NCBI GenBank assembly: GCA_963666975.2
Contig: CAXVYR010000004.1
Location: 2,080,001 to 2,144,000, forward strand
Direction: 5' to 3'
DNA from: Terriglobia bacterium
GTDB lineage: Bacteria; Acidobacteriota; Terriglobia; 2-12-FULL-54-10
Length of the DNA stretch: 64,000 nt
The number at the start of each line of letters is the position of its first letter. The stretch's first letter is position 1. A program made the position numbers and the translations under genes. The notes under the pieces are model-generated. The model had not been told where the DNA came from. It searched no databases and saw only the letters and a program-made list of their open reading frames with translations. This document shows positions 22,139 to 32,091 of this stretch, one piece after another.

Positions 22139-22216
22139 TGGTAGGCGCGAGAGGGCTCGAACCTCCGACCTCTACCGTGTCAAGGTAGCGCTCTAACCAA
22201 ACTGAGCTACGCGCCT
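22139..22216 (-). tRNA. tRNA-Val(GAC)
   Basis: Reverse complement AGGCGCGTAGCTCAG...CTACC-TT-GAC-AC-GGTAG...GGTTCGAGCC...CGCGCCTACCA forms a full cloverleaf with encoded CCA. Confidence 0.97.
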
Positions 22217-22219
22217 AAA

Positions 22220-22520
22220 CTACTCATTATACAGCCTTTTTGCTCGCAACCGGAGCCGCCTCTCACGCCTCCGGGGCCCGATTGGGGCCCGGTTGGAAAC
22301 CTCGGCCCGGTCGAGCTTTTTCACCGCGTCTATTTTATTCTTGTCAGCTGTGTGTGCATAGCGCGCGGTCGTGGTTATTTTAGCATGGCCCAGTAATTGT
22401 TGCACCGTGATCAGGTCCACGCCCTGCAGGACAAGCCGGGTGGCAAATGTGTGCCGAAGATCGTGGAACCGAATATGAGCAATACGGGCGATGCGAACCG
22501 CTTTTCGGAACCCCTTTTTG
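22220..22520 (-). pseudogene. Tyrosine integrase C-terminal remnant, truncated by IS6
   Basis: RFHDLRHTFAT...LLGH...TARYAH catalytic motifs. Confidence 0.85.
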
Positions 22521-23315
22521 GGCATTGTCAAGTTAACGGCGCGAAGGCGTTTTGCCCTGGAGATCGTCCGAGGTTTCTACTTTTCAGCAGGCACACGTCG
22601 CCGTCTTCCAGTCAGTGAAAGCTCGCTCCCGCAGGAGTCGATGATGGATCGCTTTGAGATGATGACGTGCGACCCGGAACAGGTTGTGAATCGGGCCGTG
22701 GACCGAGAGGAATCGTTGAAGCTGTGCCGCTGATTTGAATCGACGCATCTGGCGTTCCTGCTCTCTGGTGTGCTGGTGCTAGACTTCAGCTCGGTTGTTT
22801 TGGTATTGCCCGGTTCGATGGGTGACGGATGGGAACACCTCTCGGTGCGCAGCCGGATAGGTCCGCAGCTTGTCGGTAACAAGTTGCAGCGGTGGCCTCT
22901 CTTGGTGCTTCAACACCTTGCGAAAGAAGCGCTTGGCGGCTCTCTTGTCTCGGTGGCGTGTGACCAAAATATCCAGGACATCGCCGTCCTGGTCCACCGC
23001 TCTCCAAAGATAATGCCGCTCGCCGCGGATCGTGATGAACAGCTCGTCCACATGCCAGATGTCACCGAGACGACCTTGTCGCCGCCGCAGAGTTCGGGCG
23101 TACTCCGGTCCAAACTTCCGGCACCAAGATCGGATGGCTTCGTAGGACACCGTGACGCCACGCTCGGCGAGAAGGTCCTCGCAATCGCGAAAGCTGAGCG
23201 TGAACCGATGATACAGCCAAACGGCATGGCTGATGATTTCGGGTGGAAACCGGTGCCGTCGATACAGTGATCCCATCGGTCGATTGTCGCCGACGGACGT
23301 TAACTTGACAATGCC
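22521..23315 (-). mobile_element. IS6-family element; transposase (22584-23276) has an in-frame TAG
   Basis: Perfect 18-bp IR GGCATTGTCAAGTTAACG. WHVDE, YLWRAVD, VTDK, NNRAE motifs. The frame continues past the stop. No target duplication. Confidence 0.9.
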
Positions 23316-23676
23316 GTCTCCCCCGTTCCGCCTCGATTTCGGCCCATTTCTCGGCAGGCATTAGCGCCACGGCCTGCCAAATAACCGGCGGGTATTCCTC
23401 TCGCCAATCTGCCATATTTCCTCTAAATCAGAGCGCCCGCTCTGCGACGTACAAATCGTGAAGCCAGGGATACTTCTTTTTCGCGGCGTCCAGTCCTGCC
23501 TCAAAATTTCCAGTAGACAGCGATTTTGCAATTTCGTCATAAAGGTGCCCGTAGTTACTGAAGCCCAGCTTTTGCAATTTCTTCCACCGGTCACAGGCAA
23601 CTGGGGGTATACTCGCAACCGGTACAGAGTGAAAAACTAATTCCGGTTATATTGAAAGTTGTTTTCCATCCTTTCT

Positions 23677-23820
23677 TGAAGGTTGAACGGCGGTTCGGCC
23701 GGAATCGAATAGGACTCGGTGCCAAGTTAGAAGGAGAACCGCCGAATGAAGGGAAAATATCACGTTTTGGAACTGGGTTGAAGCAGAAGTTTTCAACGGA
23801 CAGATGCTGTTCGGTGGTGG
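23677..23820 (+). mobile_element. Degenerate left-end remnant of the IS256 element
   Basis: TTGAAGGTTGAACGGCGGTTCGGCC...AGAAGGAGAACCGCCGAATGAAGGGAAAATATCACG matches the intact copies, with deletions. Confidence 0.75.
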
Positions 23821-23965
23821 TTTGTTCTAAATCTGGAATAACTACCGCGAGGTTAGGTGCCTTTTTCCAGAAGGAAATTGGGACGAGACAGCAACAGCAG
23901 GTGTAGGAAGCATCCCACGCCGTGCTGGAGGCGCTGAAGCACGCCAGCCGGCCAGGGGAGGATTC

Positions 23966-25471
23966 ATGCGCGTACCGGTACCGCTCGTCATCCTGATAGT
24001 CCTGGCGTTCTGGGCTGCCGGCGCGATGCACGCGCAAATCAGCAATCCGATTGCGGAACCGATCGTCAAACGTGGACTGAGCGTCGAGATCCGGGAGATC
24101 GCGCGCCTGCCCGATACGAGCGAGCTATACCCCGCCGATCTGGACCGTGGCGGGTGGGCGCGCGTCAACTATGTCCGCGACCTGGCGGACGGTCGGCGTT
24201 TCGCCAACGACTCGCGCGGTTTCCTGTACCTGCTCGACCGCAACAACCAGCCCTCTCTGTACGCCGACATCGGGGCCGCCTTCCCGCTCTCTTTCTACGA
24301 CACCCTGGTGGGTGGGTTCATCGGTTTCGAGTTCCACCCGGAATTTGCGCAGAACGGGTTGTTCTACACGTCGCATATCGAGCGGGCGATGAGGAATCCC
24401 GCGACGCCGGACTTCATTCCGCCGGGGTTCACGCAATCCGATGTCAACTTTCACAGCGTCATCACGGAATGGCGCGCGACAAACCCGGCGGCGACCGTCT
24501 TCGAGGGTACCCGGCGGGAATTGCTGCGCGTCGGACATGTCGTCGAACGTATTGGCCATCCCATCAGCCACCTCGAGTTCAATCCTACGGCCCAACCCGG
24601 AGACCCCGACTACGGTCTGCTCTACACGAGCGGGAGCGATTTCGGATTCGGCAACGGCGGAGGGCCGAATGCGAACAATCCCGGCCAGACGCAGCGCCTG
24701 GACACAGTGGCCACCGCCATCCTGCGGATCGATCCGCGGAGCCCGTCCGAGTCGGGAGGGACCAAAGGACTCGGAGATTACACGATTCCACCGATCAACA
24801 AATTCGCCGCGGACGACGACCCCGAGACGCTTGGGGAGATCTACGCCTACGGCTTCCGGAACGCCCACAAGCTCTCGTGGGACCTCACCGACGGGACGAT
24901 GTTCGCCTCGGATATCGGCGAGAGCAACATCGAGGAGATCAACATCGTTCGCGAAGGCCTTAACTACGGCTGGATGCAGCGCGAGGGGTTTTTCGATAAC
25001 GGCGTGACGAGGCCGGGCGGAGTGCTCAACCAGGTATTCCCGCTGCCGGCGGAGATTCTGAACGGGCAGAGCCAGGACGGGTTCACGTACCCCGTGGCGA
25101 TCTACGATCACAACGACGGGCAGTCCGTGACGGGTGGTTTCGCCTACCACGGGCGCATTCCCGCACTCCGTGGCAAGTTCGTGTTTGGTGACATCGTGCG
25201 TGGACGTCTGTTTGTGGCCGACCTCGCCGCGATGAAAGAGGCGGATGACGGGATCCCACAGACTGTAGCGCCCGTCGAGGAGATCCAGCTTTACGTACGC
25301 GACGCCAGTGGCAACCGCACGTATGTCACGCTCCGGGAGCTCGTGGAGGCAGCGATGGGCGCAACGGTCACTCGCGCAGACCTGCTAATCAGTCGCAGCG
25401 GCAACGGCGAGATCTTCATCACGTCGAGGCAGGACGGCATCATCCGGATGCTCGTTACGGATTCCGACTAA
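23966..25471 (+). CDS. Glucose/sorbosone dehydrogenase (PQQ-type beta-propeller) family protein
   Basis: Signal peptide, FHPEF..NG.FY, ILRIDP, YAYGFRN, EEINIV..G.NYGW, SVTGGF.Y. Confidence 0.85.
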   Translation: MRVPVPLVILIVLAFWAAGAMHAQISNPIAEPIVKRGLSVEIREIARLPDTSELYPADLDRGGWARVNYVRDLADGRRFANDSRGFLYLLDRNNQPSLYADIGAAFPLSFYDTLVGGFIGFEFHPEFAQNGLFYTSHIERAMRNPATPDFIPPGFTQSDVNFHSVITEWRATNPAATVFEGTRRELLRVGHVVERIGHPISHLEFNPTAQPGDPDYGLLYTSGSDFGFGNGGGPNANNPGQTQRLDTVATAILRIDPRSPSESGGTKGLGDYTIPPINKFAADDDPETLGEIYAYGFRNAHKLSWDLTDGTMFASDIGESNIEEINIVREGLNYGWMQREGFFDNGVTRPGGVLNQVFPLPAEILNGQSQDGFTYPVAIYDHNDGQSVTGGFAYHGRIPALRGKFVFGDIVRGRLFVADLAAMKEADDGIPQTVAPVEEIQLYVRDASGNRTYVTLRELVEAAMGATVTRADLLISRSGNGEIFITSRQDGIIRMLVTDSD

Positions 25472-25488
25472 CACTTGCACGGTCGATC

Positions 25489-25628
25489 TGACCTGTCCGG
25501 CCCTTTTAGTACTACCTGAAGTGAGAGAAAATCTCATAAAGACGGCCATCCGCATTGGGTTCCGCTCCACACGGTGGTAATGGCCCAGGGACTAACATAG
25601 AATGTGGACCAACAACCGAGGCTGGTCA
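25489..25628 (+). mobile_element. 140-bp IS3-derived mini-element (both ends, no transposase)
   Basis: TGACCTGTCCGG... and ...ACCGAGGCTGGTCA. The 3' half is homologous to positions 1-65. Confidence 0.55.
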
Positions 25629-26030
25629 TGCTGATACCACCAACAGTCGGTTGCGGAAGCACCCATTCTGGCCATGTTCTACCTCTCCACAGTCTAGGGA
25701 AATAGAGGTCCGCACTCAACCGTTTGACGGGGTAGGCTATACGAAAGGGAAAAGTGCTACACCCCCTGGAGGAGCCACACGCCCAATTGGTCAAGGTGCA
25801 CACTAAGAGGGATAACTGCTGGTCAAGTTTGTTGATTTGATTTTCAAATAGATAATTGACTTTTGGGGCAAGCGATGAGTATTATTCTATTTTGTAAGGC
25901 AACGAAGGATACAGACAGAGACCCATCCTCTGTCTGTAATTTAGCCATCTCTCACCACGCAAGGGCGTGGGCTAAACAAAGCGATCCCAGAAAAAAGGTG
26001 AGATGCACCTAGAAGGGGTTTCTTTTGTTT

Positions 26031-26204
26031 ATGCCTGCGACCCGCCGTCCGAAAAATCATGACAATTCAACCCAGATTGAATTTCATCTTCGTATCCCAC
26101 ACGATAGCGATCATCGCTTCCTAATCTGGCTTCTCCGAGTCGTGCTGCTTATTGCAGGGAGTGTGTATGCAGGGAAGGAGATTTGGAAGATTCTATCAGG
26201 ATGA
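26031..26204 (+). CDS. 57-aa small membrane peptide (hypothetical)
   Basis: MPATRRPK...RFLIWLLRVVLLIAGSVYAGKEIWKILSG. AGAAGGGG upstream. Below the ORF-track length cutoff. Confidence 0.4.
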   Translation: MPATRRPKNHDNSTQIEFHLRIPHDSDHRFLIWLLRVVLLIAGSVYAGKEIWKILSG

Positions 26205-26601
26205 CTCTGCTTGCTTCATCACTTTGCGAAGTTTGAAAAAGTGAGGCCAACACAATTCTCCAATCCGACAACGGTTTCTCAATTTGCTCCAGGTGTCTTC
26301 ATTCCGACTCCTCCAGGAAAAACTCACTGGAAGTCTTGTTGCATTTGTCGGGATGGCGGGGGGGCAATTCATTTCTTGCCCCGCTTTCGAAGCACTTAAT
26401 CAGGTTTAAAAACAAATTCCCACGCCAAACGGTTGACGGGGATGACCACTATACCCCCCCTTGAAAGTTGGCCCACCGCCGGCATAAACCGCAGGTTTCC
26501 GCACCTTGCCCGTCAGCCTGAGTTTGGTTTCCTCTACCTCGACGCCGCGCAATTCAGAGTCAGCAAAGCGTCGCTCTGGCCAGACAGTTAGCGGCGTGTC
26601 C

Positions 26602-28045
26602 TGTCCCATACATAGTTGAAGGTTGAACGGCGGTTCGGCCCGAATCGAATAGAATCGGGCCAAGCCTAAATCCTATAGAAGGAGAACCGCCGAATGAAGG
26701 GAAAATATCACGTTTTGGAACTGGGTTCCAAGGGAGCCGAAGAAACCATCCAGAAGTTTTGCCAAACCAACGGACAGATGCTGTTGCCGGTGGTGGATCT
26801 GATCACGGAGGCGCGTCTGGCGGTGGATGAGGTGATTGATCGGGCCGGGCGAGGTTTGATTGAAACGATTCTGAGCATGAGCGCAGAGCAAATCGCGGGG
26901 CCAAAGAGTCCCGGGAAGGCGAGCGGAGAGGTGCGCTGGCATGGCCGGCAATTGGGGAGGGTGAAACTGGCCGATCGCCAGCTGCGGGTGGAGCGGCCCC
27001 GGCTGCGCCGGAAGGGCGGAGGGGAAGAAGCGGTGCCGGCCTACGAAGCGCTGCGGAAAAGCGAGAAGACGGGCGAGGAGATGTTCGAGGCACTGTTGAA
27101 AGGGGTTTCGACGCGGAACTACCGCGAGGTGATCCCGGAGATGGCCAACAGCGCTGGGGTGTCGAAGTCTCAGGTGAGCCGGGAAGCGGCCGAGCAAGGA
27201 GCGCGGCGGCTGGAAGAACTGTTGGCGCGGCGCTGGGAGGAGGTCGAGATTCTGGTGATTTACCTGGACGGAATGCGGTTCGGCTCCCACCACGTCATCA
27301 GCGCCGTGGGCGTGGACATCGAGGGCCGCAAGCATGTGCTGGGGATTCAACTGGGCGCGACCGAAAACGCCGCTGCGGTGAAAGACCTTCTCACCCGCCT
27401 GCGCCAGCAAGGTTTGCGCACGGATCAGCGCTATCTGTTTGTGATCGACGGCGCCAAAGCGCTCCGCGCGGGGATCGAGGAAGTATTCGGCAGCAATCAG
27501 CTGGTGCAGCGTTGCCGTACTCATAAGCTGCGCAACGTGGCTGAGCGGTTACCAAAGGGCGACAAAATGCTGGCGAATCAGGTGCGGTCGCTGATGCGCG
27601 CCGCCTGGCGATTGCCCCAAGCCGAGGAAGGCATCGTGCGCATAAAAAAGCTCGCTGGGATGATCGAGTGCGATCATCCGGCAGCAGCCGCCAGCTTGCG
27701 CGAAGGGTTGGAGGAGACCTTTACGATCAATCGAGCCGACGTTCCTCCCAGCCTCCACCGCTGCCTGGCAACCACGAACCTCATCGAGAGCCCGCAGTCG
27801 GGCGTGCGGAAAAAGACTGGCAATGTTTGCCGCTGGCGCGACGGCGAGATGACGTTGCGCTGGGTGGCAGGAGCGTTTCTGCTGACCGAGAAGAATTTCC
27901 GGAAGATCATGGGTTATCACGATCTCTGGGCTTTGGCATCGATTCTCGGCCGAAGTCCAAACGCTGCTTCCTCTCACAAGGAGGAAGTGGCGTAATATGA
28001 ACTCAACCCGCCGTCCCAACCTGCAACTGAGTTTGGGACACCTTC
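26602..28045 (+). mobile_element. IS256-family element, copy 1 (first 5 bp of IRL missing)
   Basis: Near-identical to the other four copies. Ends ...GGGACACCTTC. No TSD. Confidence 0.92.
26694..27995 (+). CDS. IS256-family transposase
   Basis: GVSTR, YLDG, VIDGAKAL, QRCRTH, TTNLIES. Confidence 0.93.
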   Translation: MKGKYHVLELGSKGAEETIQKFCQTNGQMLLPVVDLITEARLAVDEVIDRAGRGLIETILSMSAEQIAGPKSPGKASGEVRWHGRQLGRVKLADRQLRVERPRLRRKGGGEEAVPAYEALRKSEKTGEEMFEALLKGVSTRNYREVIPEMANSAGVSKSQVSREAAEQGARRLEELLARRWEEVEILVIYLDGMRFGSHHVISAVGVDIEGRKHVLGIQLGATENAAAVKDLLTRLRQQGLRTDQRYLFVIDGAKALRAGIEEVFGSNQLVQRCRTHKLRNVAERLPKGDKMLANQVRSLMRAAWRLPQAEEGIVRIKKLAGMIECDHPAAAASLREGLEETFTINRADVPPSLHRCLATTNLIESPQSGVRKKTGNVCRWRDGEMTLRWVAGAFLLTEKNFRKIMGYHDLWALASILGRSPNAASSHKEEVA

Positions 28046-28738
28046 TTAGCTGTTGTGGTTGCGAAACTACCCACTCTGTTTCTATAGCGCCTTCAACAAT
28101 CGGCCACTTGGCGATTCGGATGAAGGGCACCTCCTTAAAGTGATCAATATCCAATTTGTGAATTGGTTCGGGATGAAGCAAACCGACTATGCGGTCTTCA
28201 GTGTCGTAAATGCCAATCAGGAGGATTGCAGAAATACTCTGTCGGCAAGGAATAATTCTGTTTTCAGTCTCATGTGGTTTGAAAAACACTGAGTTATCAA
28301 GGTCGGTGGTTAACGTCCACCTTGCGTTCGCCACACCAACAGGAATCCTGATACGCGGTTCAGAATTCAAGAGCCACTGAGCAGACATGGTGTCTAGCAG
28401 GAAGCTAACAGCTTGGTGCGCTGTCGCGATTGCCAAAACAGTTGGATGAGGATAATCCGCTAATTGTTTTGCTTTTTGTATTGCCTTGCGTGTCAACAAT
28501 TTGGTTATTTGGCTAAACGCAAATGCGCGTCTATCATCGATCTTGGTAGGGATTCCAGAACGGCGTGCAACCGTCTCTGGTTGCATTACCGTAACTTCGA
28601 CAGAGAATTCTGCGGTATTAGGTGGCCTGCAAATGAAATCTATTCCGCCGGTTCCTGGGATGTCGCTTGGCTCAGGGCGCAAACGGAAGTTATTCTTCAA
28701 AAGTGCAAACACTGCTGCTTCCGCCATTGCCGCTTGGC
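28046..28738 (-). pseudogene. Fragment of a putative PD-(D/E)xK-like protein clipped by IS on both sides
   Basis: Open frame of about 230 codons with lower GC and motif spacing AE..V...GGIDF...VEVT. Confidence 0.45.
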
Positions 28739-28811
28739 TGTACGTCGTCAGATAATGTTGGACACAGAGCATAAAAAGATAAGGTGGCGTTCAGGCTCCT
28801 CTGGGTTGATG

Positions 28812-29795
28812 TTAGGCTGCCCTTCTTTTGAAGTGCAACCGTTTTCTTAAGATCATAGTTTTCTCTTTGATGCGATCCCGTTTTTGCAGGATGGCACTGC
28901 CTTGGCCTGTAAAAACGTCATACGGTGTCAGGTTGTTCAGGCTTTCATGGTATCGGTTGGTGTTGTAGTGGTTGACGAAGGCATCGATCTGCCGCTCCAG
29001 CTCTTCTGGCAGGTAATAGTTGTTGAGCAGGATGCGGTCTTTCAGAGTTCGGTGCCAGCGTTCGATCTTGCCCTGCGTCATGGGGTGATAGGGCTTGCCG
29101 CGAGTATGCGGCACGCTGTTTTCTGCCAGCCATGATTGCAGTTCGGAAGAGACGTAGCACGGCCCGTTGTCGCTCAGGAGGCGAGGTCTGTGCCGGGCGC
29201 CCACGCGGTCGAGGCCGGTGGCTTGCAAAGCATCCCGCAACGTGGCCGAGACGTCACTTGCGCTCATGGTTTTGCACAGCCGCCAGGCGATGATATAGCG
29301 CGAGAAGTCGTCCAGCACCGTGGACAGGTAGAACCAGCCCCAACCGATGACTTTCAGGTAGGTGAAGTCGGTCTGCCAGAGCTGGTTGACCGCCGTGGTC
29401 GGGTTGGCGAACCGTTCCGCCGCTTTCAGGACAATAAAGGCTGGCGCGGTAATCAGGTCATGGCTTTTCAGGACGCGGTAAACCGTCGATTCAGAAAGGT
29501 AATACCGCCTTTCCTCGGTAAAACGCACCGCCAGCTCGCGTGACGACAGATCGGGCTCGGCCAGGGCTAACGTCACCAACTGCTGAGTTATCTCCTCCGG
29601 CACCTTGTTCCAGACAGGGCCAGGATCGGGTTTTTTGTCTTCCAGCCCATCAAAGCCTTCCGACACATAGCGGTCGTACCAGTTGTAAAACGTCGATCTG
29701 GGAATGCCAACCTGCTGCAGCGTCCGGCGCACCCCCAGGGCAGATTGCTCCACCGTGCAGATGATCTCCAGCTTCTCCGAGGCAGGGTATCTCAT
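28812..29795 (-). CDS. Transposase OrfB (rve integrase core)
   Basis: WQTDFT, LDDFSR, SDNG, GKIERWH. Confidence 0.92.
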   Translation of the reverse strand: MRYPASEKLEIICTVEQSALGVRRTLQQVGIPRSTFYNWYDRYVSEGFDGLEDKKPDPGPVWNKVPEEITQQLVTLALAEPDLSSRELAVRFTEERRYYLSESTVYRVLKSHDLITAPAFIVLKAAERFANPTTAVNQLWQTDFTYLKVIGWGWFYLSTVLDDFSRYIIAWRLCKTMSASDVSATLRDALQATGLDRVGARHRPRLLSDNGPCYVSSELQSWLAENSVPHTRGKPYHPMTQGKIERWHRTLKDRILLNNYYLPEELERQIDAFVNHYNTNRYHESLNNLTPYDVFTGQGSAILQKRDRIKEKTMILRKRLHFKRRAA

Positions 29796-30163
29796 GTATG
29801 TTCCTCCCCATCCCCGATCACGCTTTTTTTTAGCAGGCGATTTTCCAGCATAGCCTCGGCCAGGGCCTCTTTCAGCTGTACGGCCTGCTCCCGCAGAGTC
29901 TTGACTTCGCCACTGGTTGCCTCACGGTCTATGTCGCCCGCCAGCCGCTTGCGGCCAGCCTCCAGAAACTCCTTGCTCCAGCGGTAATACTGGTTCTGGT
30001 GCAGCCCCTCGCGGCGGCACAGCTCCGCGATGCTGTCCTCGCCGCGAAGTCCCTGCAATACAATGCGGATTTTGTCTTCCGGGCTGAACCTGCGCCGCGT
30101 CCTGCGTTTGATCTCCCGGACGGCCTTCTCGACCGCCCCCCTGTCGTCTTGTTTTTGTCTCAT
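29792..30163 (-). CDS. Transposase OrfA (HTH)
   Basis: FSPEDKIRIVL...IAELCRREG. A8 slippery run and ATGA overlap with OrfB. Confidence 0.9.
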   Translation of the reverse strand: MRQKQDDRGAVEKAVREIKRRTRRRFSPEDKIRIVLQGLRGEDSIAELCRREGLHQNQYYRWSKEFLEAGRKRLAGDIDREATSGEVKTLREQAVQLKEALAEAMLENRLLKKSVIGDGEEHT

Positions 30164-30250
30164 CTTCGTTCCTTTCAGTCTCTACGATGAGCCAAAAACA
30201 TCACCTTAACTATTACCCTCTACCTGTCCAACAAGCCCTGACGGGGCACA

Positions 30251-31064
30251 GCTCCATGAAATCACAAGCCAAGCTATCACGCGCCTTTGTGTCAACGTGA
30301 GCCATACCCAGGCCCGGATCGAGTCCGAGGGCGGCGGCTGCTAAACGGGCCTCTGATTCGAGGACTGCATATAGATAATTCAGGATCGCATTGGGCGGAT
30401 TCACCGCGAGACGCGGTGAGCCTGACAGTGGTGACTGGCGCGTGCCGAATAGACGCCAGTGATCGGGTACGCGTTTGATATCACACCTCGGAAACATGAC
30501 TGGCAGATTACGCCACGCGGACCAGTAAGCGGCTGCTGCCCGTGCTTCGAGCCGCCGGGTTGCTTCGATTGATTCGGCTGTGATGACTTGCTTCCGGGCT
30601 GATGCAATTATTCCCGCAGCCGTCGAATCGTGAAGATGCTCGCGGGCAACCCGCTCCTGTCCGGCTAGCTTCTGACAGATCAATTCGCGAGTAATGTGTA
30701 ACGCCATTCCAGACACATGGGCACAGGCTTGAGCGCGCCGCAGCCGTGCATCGGAAGAACGGACCGGGCCTGTCGTGGCGAGTACCGAACCGTCACGTTC
30801 TAGCATTACGAATGACGCGTCTTGATCGGCTAGCCAGCGGAGTGCCGCAAGCGACACCATTCCATCGGAGCCGATCACGACTAAACGACGGAGGCCGTGT
30901 CCAACCCGTGGGAGGCGTGCTTCTCGCCGGTCAGCACCGATACCGTCTTTCAGTATCAGGTGACCGCGATCAACGCTAGCTGCAATCCCATACCCATAAA
31001 GCGTCACGACTCCCCGTTTTGGTACGGACAATGTAGCCGCGAGTCTGCTAGGAAGGGACATCAT
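30251..31064 (-). pseudogene. cas1: Solo Cas1 (casposase-like) endonuclease/integrase, 3'-truncated by IS
   Basis: Cas1 motifs G..ASVDRGHL, SLAALRWL...MLERDG, LEARAAAAYW, NPPNAILNYLYAVLE, GLDPGLGMAH, SLACDFME. The IS terminus follows ME directly. Confidence 0.85.
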
Positions 31065-31636
31065 TTTTCCCTCCTTCCTCGCGTCCCGGAAACGGTCTTC
31101 TTCCTCGCCAGAAATCGTGCCATGCGAACCTGCTGTGCACAGGTGTCGCCGCAGTAAATCTGCTTTGGACGCTGAAATAGGAAGAACTGTCGACACTCCG
31201 CTCGTTGACACACCCGCAGCCAGGGAGCAACTTCCGTGAGCAGCTCGAAGACGCGCGTGATGAAAAGTTTCGCGGGATCGCGAGAACCTACGCGGACTGC
31301 TCGCCCACGAGATCGATCCCAAATAATCCCGTCCCCATCAAAGGATAAATCATAAAGAATATCCGGTGGACCAGAGCGCATGAAGGGTTCACCGCTACGG
31401 ATTTGATTCAGGCCCCATCGAAGCAAGTTTACAATCGACTCAGCCCGGTTGCCCTTCAGCAAACCCCAGCGGACCTGCCCGGTGATGCCCGGGTTAGAAA
31501 CCTCAAGGAACTTGTTGATCGCTTCAATCCTAGCTCCAGTGGCAATATTGGGGCCTTTGTCGTAGAGCTCCATCAACAATGTGAACTGCATCTGGGCTTC
31601 GATACTTGGCCGCAGCGGTCTCCCTGAGACAGGCAT
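31061..31636 (-). CDS. CGNR-type zinc-finger protein
   Basis: C-terminal C...C..FF......YC...C....R..R. GAAGGAGG RBS. Stop overlaps the cas1 ATG (ATGA). Confidence 0.75.
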   Translation of the reverse strand: MPVSGRPLRPSIEAQMQFTLLMELYDKGPNIATGARIEAINKFLEVSNPGITGQVRWGLLKGNRAESIVNLLRWGLNQIRSGEPFMRSGPPDILYDLSFDGDGIIWDRSRGRAVRVGSRDPAKLFITRVFELLTEVAPWLRVCQRAECRQFFLFQRPKQIYCGDTCAQQVRMARFLARKKTVSGTRGRREK

Positions 31637-31794
31637 GCATCCTCCTTCGTGATTACGAGAGATCACTTCTGGACACACTATATCACTTCGCCAAAACGGA
31701 GTCAAGGGAATATATGGACACATTACTTATATCCGTTGACAGCGTTGACACGCTCCTGGTACGCTCCAACAATGCCCGAACAGGAGGGCCTGTA

Positions 31795-32091
31795 ATGAAG
31801 AATGAGGAAATACGTTGTGTCCAGTCCGAGCCGATCCTGCTGTCATTACGAGACGCGGCGGCACGGCTCTGCATCGCTGTATCCACACTGCGCCGGTGGC
31901 TGCGGGAGAGGCGGCTAGCGCATGTTCGATGCGGACGTGCCGTGAGGATCGAGTCAACAGAGGTTCAGCGATTCATTGCCGCTAACCGTCACCCCGCTAG
32001 CGATGAAAAGGAAACAACAGAGGAGGAAACGGCGATTAAGATGCTCCCGCTCCAACAACCTAGGCAATCGCCGACAAAACGCAGGCGATGA
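31795..32091 (+). CDS. Excisionase-like HTH (HTH_17) DNA-binding protein
   Basis: [27 protein letters not shown]...GRAVRI. AGGAGG RBS. Confidence 0.8.
   Translation: MKNEEIRCVQSEPILLSLRDAAARLCIAVSTLRRWLRERRLAHVRCGRAVRIESTEVQRFIAANRHPASDEKETTEEETAIKMLPLQQPRQSPTKRRR

Larger units (their letters stand above)
28739..30250 (-). mobile_element. Two-ORF IS3/IS481-like element, copy A (1512 bp)
   Basis: TGT...ACA termini. Same ORFs as 32942-34453 and 39668-41179. Confidence 0.92.

Noticed and set aside
27549-28772. 407-aa minus-strand ORF as a real gene
   Set aside because: It is a chimera of an IS end, a gene fragment and the IS256 antisense strand.
30213-31322. 369-aa ORF as full-length Cas1
   Set aside because: The first 86 codons overlap the CGNR gene, the real start is at 31064, and the last residues are IS-derived.
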